IMG/VR virus record: IMGVR_UViG_3300036791_001337
Span: 1 to 37,926 of that record
Strand: one strand, 5' to 3'
DNA length: 37,926 nt
DNA from: a virus
Positions within the stretch are counted from its first letter, which is position 1. Each line of letters opens with the position of its first letter. Positions 37,538 to 37,926 of this stretch are shown in pieces. A program made the translations under genes and the position numbers. Below the pieces are notes generated by a model, which made no database searches, was not told where the DNA came from, and saw nothing but the letters and a program-made list of their open reading frames with translations.

Positions 37538-37926
37538 TTAAGAGCGGGCTGCGGCGGGCTCGCGAAAATAAAACTCGACGTCGACGGGCGCGTGGTAAAC
37601 GAAGGGCGCCTCTTCGAAGTTGTCGCTGTCCAGCAGGACAACCGCGACGTCCACCTCCGTGCCGTCGGGCAGCGTGGCCTGCATCGAGTCAAACAGGTTG
37701 CGGACGGCCATGGCCAACTGGCGCGTGTTTTCATAGCTGTGCCCACGGCATGAGAACTGTACCCGCGCAGTCTTGAAGCCGCTCACGCCCTCCATGATCG
37801 GGTCGCCGGCGCCGGCGATCTGCTTTAAGACGATATTGGGGAGCGGCGTGGCTTCGGGCATTTGAGTCGGAAAGATCGCACTGGTGCCGTCGGGGAGCTG
37901 GGCGACAATCGCGGTGATGCTACTCG
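37538..37926 (-). CDS. DUF3168-like tail terminator / tail completion protein, 3' part (the 5' end runs off the window and resumes at 1..164)
   Basis: ...PLPNIVLKQIAGAGDPIMEGVSGFKTARVQFSCRGHSYENTRQLAMAVRNLF... fits DUF3168. The frame is open through the terminal overlap. Confidence 0.7.
   Translation of the reverse strand, partial: SSITAIVAQLPDGTSAIFPTQMPEATPLPNIVLKQIAGAGDPIMEGVSGFKTARVQFSCRGHSYENTRQLAMAVRNLFDSMQATLPDGTEVDVAVVLLDSDNFEEAPFVYHAPVDVEFYFREPAAARS
37800..37926. repeat. Right copy of the 127-bp terminal overlap (identical to 1-127)
   Basis: Base-by-base comparison shows 127/127 identity. The overlap lies inside a tail gene. Confidence 0.97.

Larger units (their letters stand above)
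1..37799. mobile_element. Complete circular genome of a temperate siphovirus-like phage (HK97-fold capsid, non-contractile tail) or excised prophage; unique length 37,799 bp
   Basis: Full set of terminase, portal, protease, capsid, connector, tail tube, tape measure and fibre genes, plus a tyrosine integrase and attP. Bases 1-127 repeat exactly at 37800-37926, so the sequence closes on itself. Confidence 0.85.

Overview
The window is one complete, circularly closed genome of a GC-rich temperate tailed phage or excised prophage. Bases 1-127 are identical to 37800-37926, so the unique sequence is 37,799 bp. The overlap cuts through a tail gene, so it looks like an assembly closure rather than a biological terminal repeat.

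Almost everything is on the minus strand, as one nearly gapless late operon running 16753 -> 1 and 37799 -> 24736. In order it carries:
- duplicated small-protein / 2-TM cassettes, an HNH endonuclease and a probable cos site
- TerS (P27-type) and TerL
- three fibre/propeller-like genes inserted before the portal
- HK97-type portal, an Ig-like protein, the prohead protease (with a Cys-rich acidic tail) and the HK97-fold major capsid protein
- a second HNH, then a translationally coupled 4-gene glycosyltransferase operon (GT32-, GT2- and GT31/Fringe-like)
- connector, head-closure, gp10-like and tail-terminator proteins
- a TP901-1-type major tail protein, a G/G-T chaperone with a CCCTTTC -1 slippery site, and the tape measure
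- an RcGTA g12-g15-like distal tail module (DUF2460, DUF2163, NlpC/P60, and a host-specificity gene split in two)
- a repeat-containing tail fibre, a discoidin/He_PIG adhesin-like protein and a holin-like 2-TM protein

A short early operon of ORFans (20649 -> 17581) starts with an RHH protein and an Xis/MerR-type HTH protein.

The plus strand carries a tyrosine integrase, two small genes, an attP and two lower-GC secreted-protein morons. The attP core is the 3' ~61 nt of a tRNA-Leu(CAA), flanked by phased (G/A)TTGCA and AACTGGCAC repeats.

I saw no rRNA, complete tRNA, CRISPR array, reverse transcriptase, recognisable replication gene or canonical endolysin.

The most unusual content is:
- the head-module glycosyltransferase operon
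- the fibre-like triad between TerL and portal
- the degenerate tandem cassette array with a chimeric HNH/membrane-gene scar upstream of the packaging genes

All family assignments come from reading motifs by eye. No database search was run.
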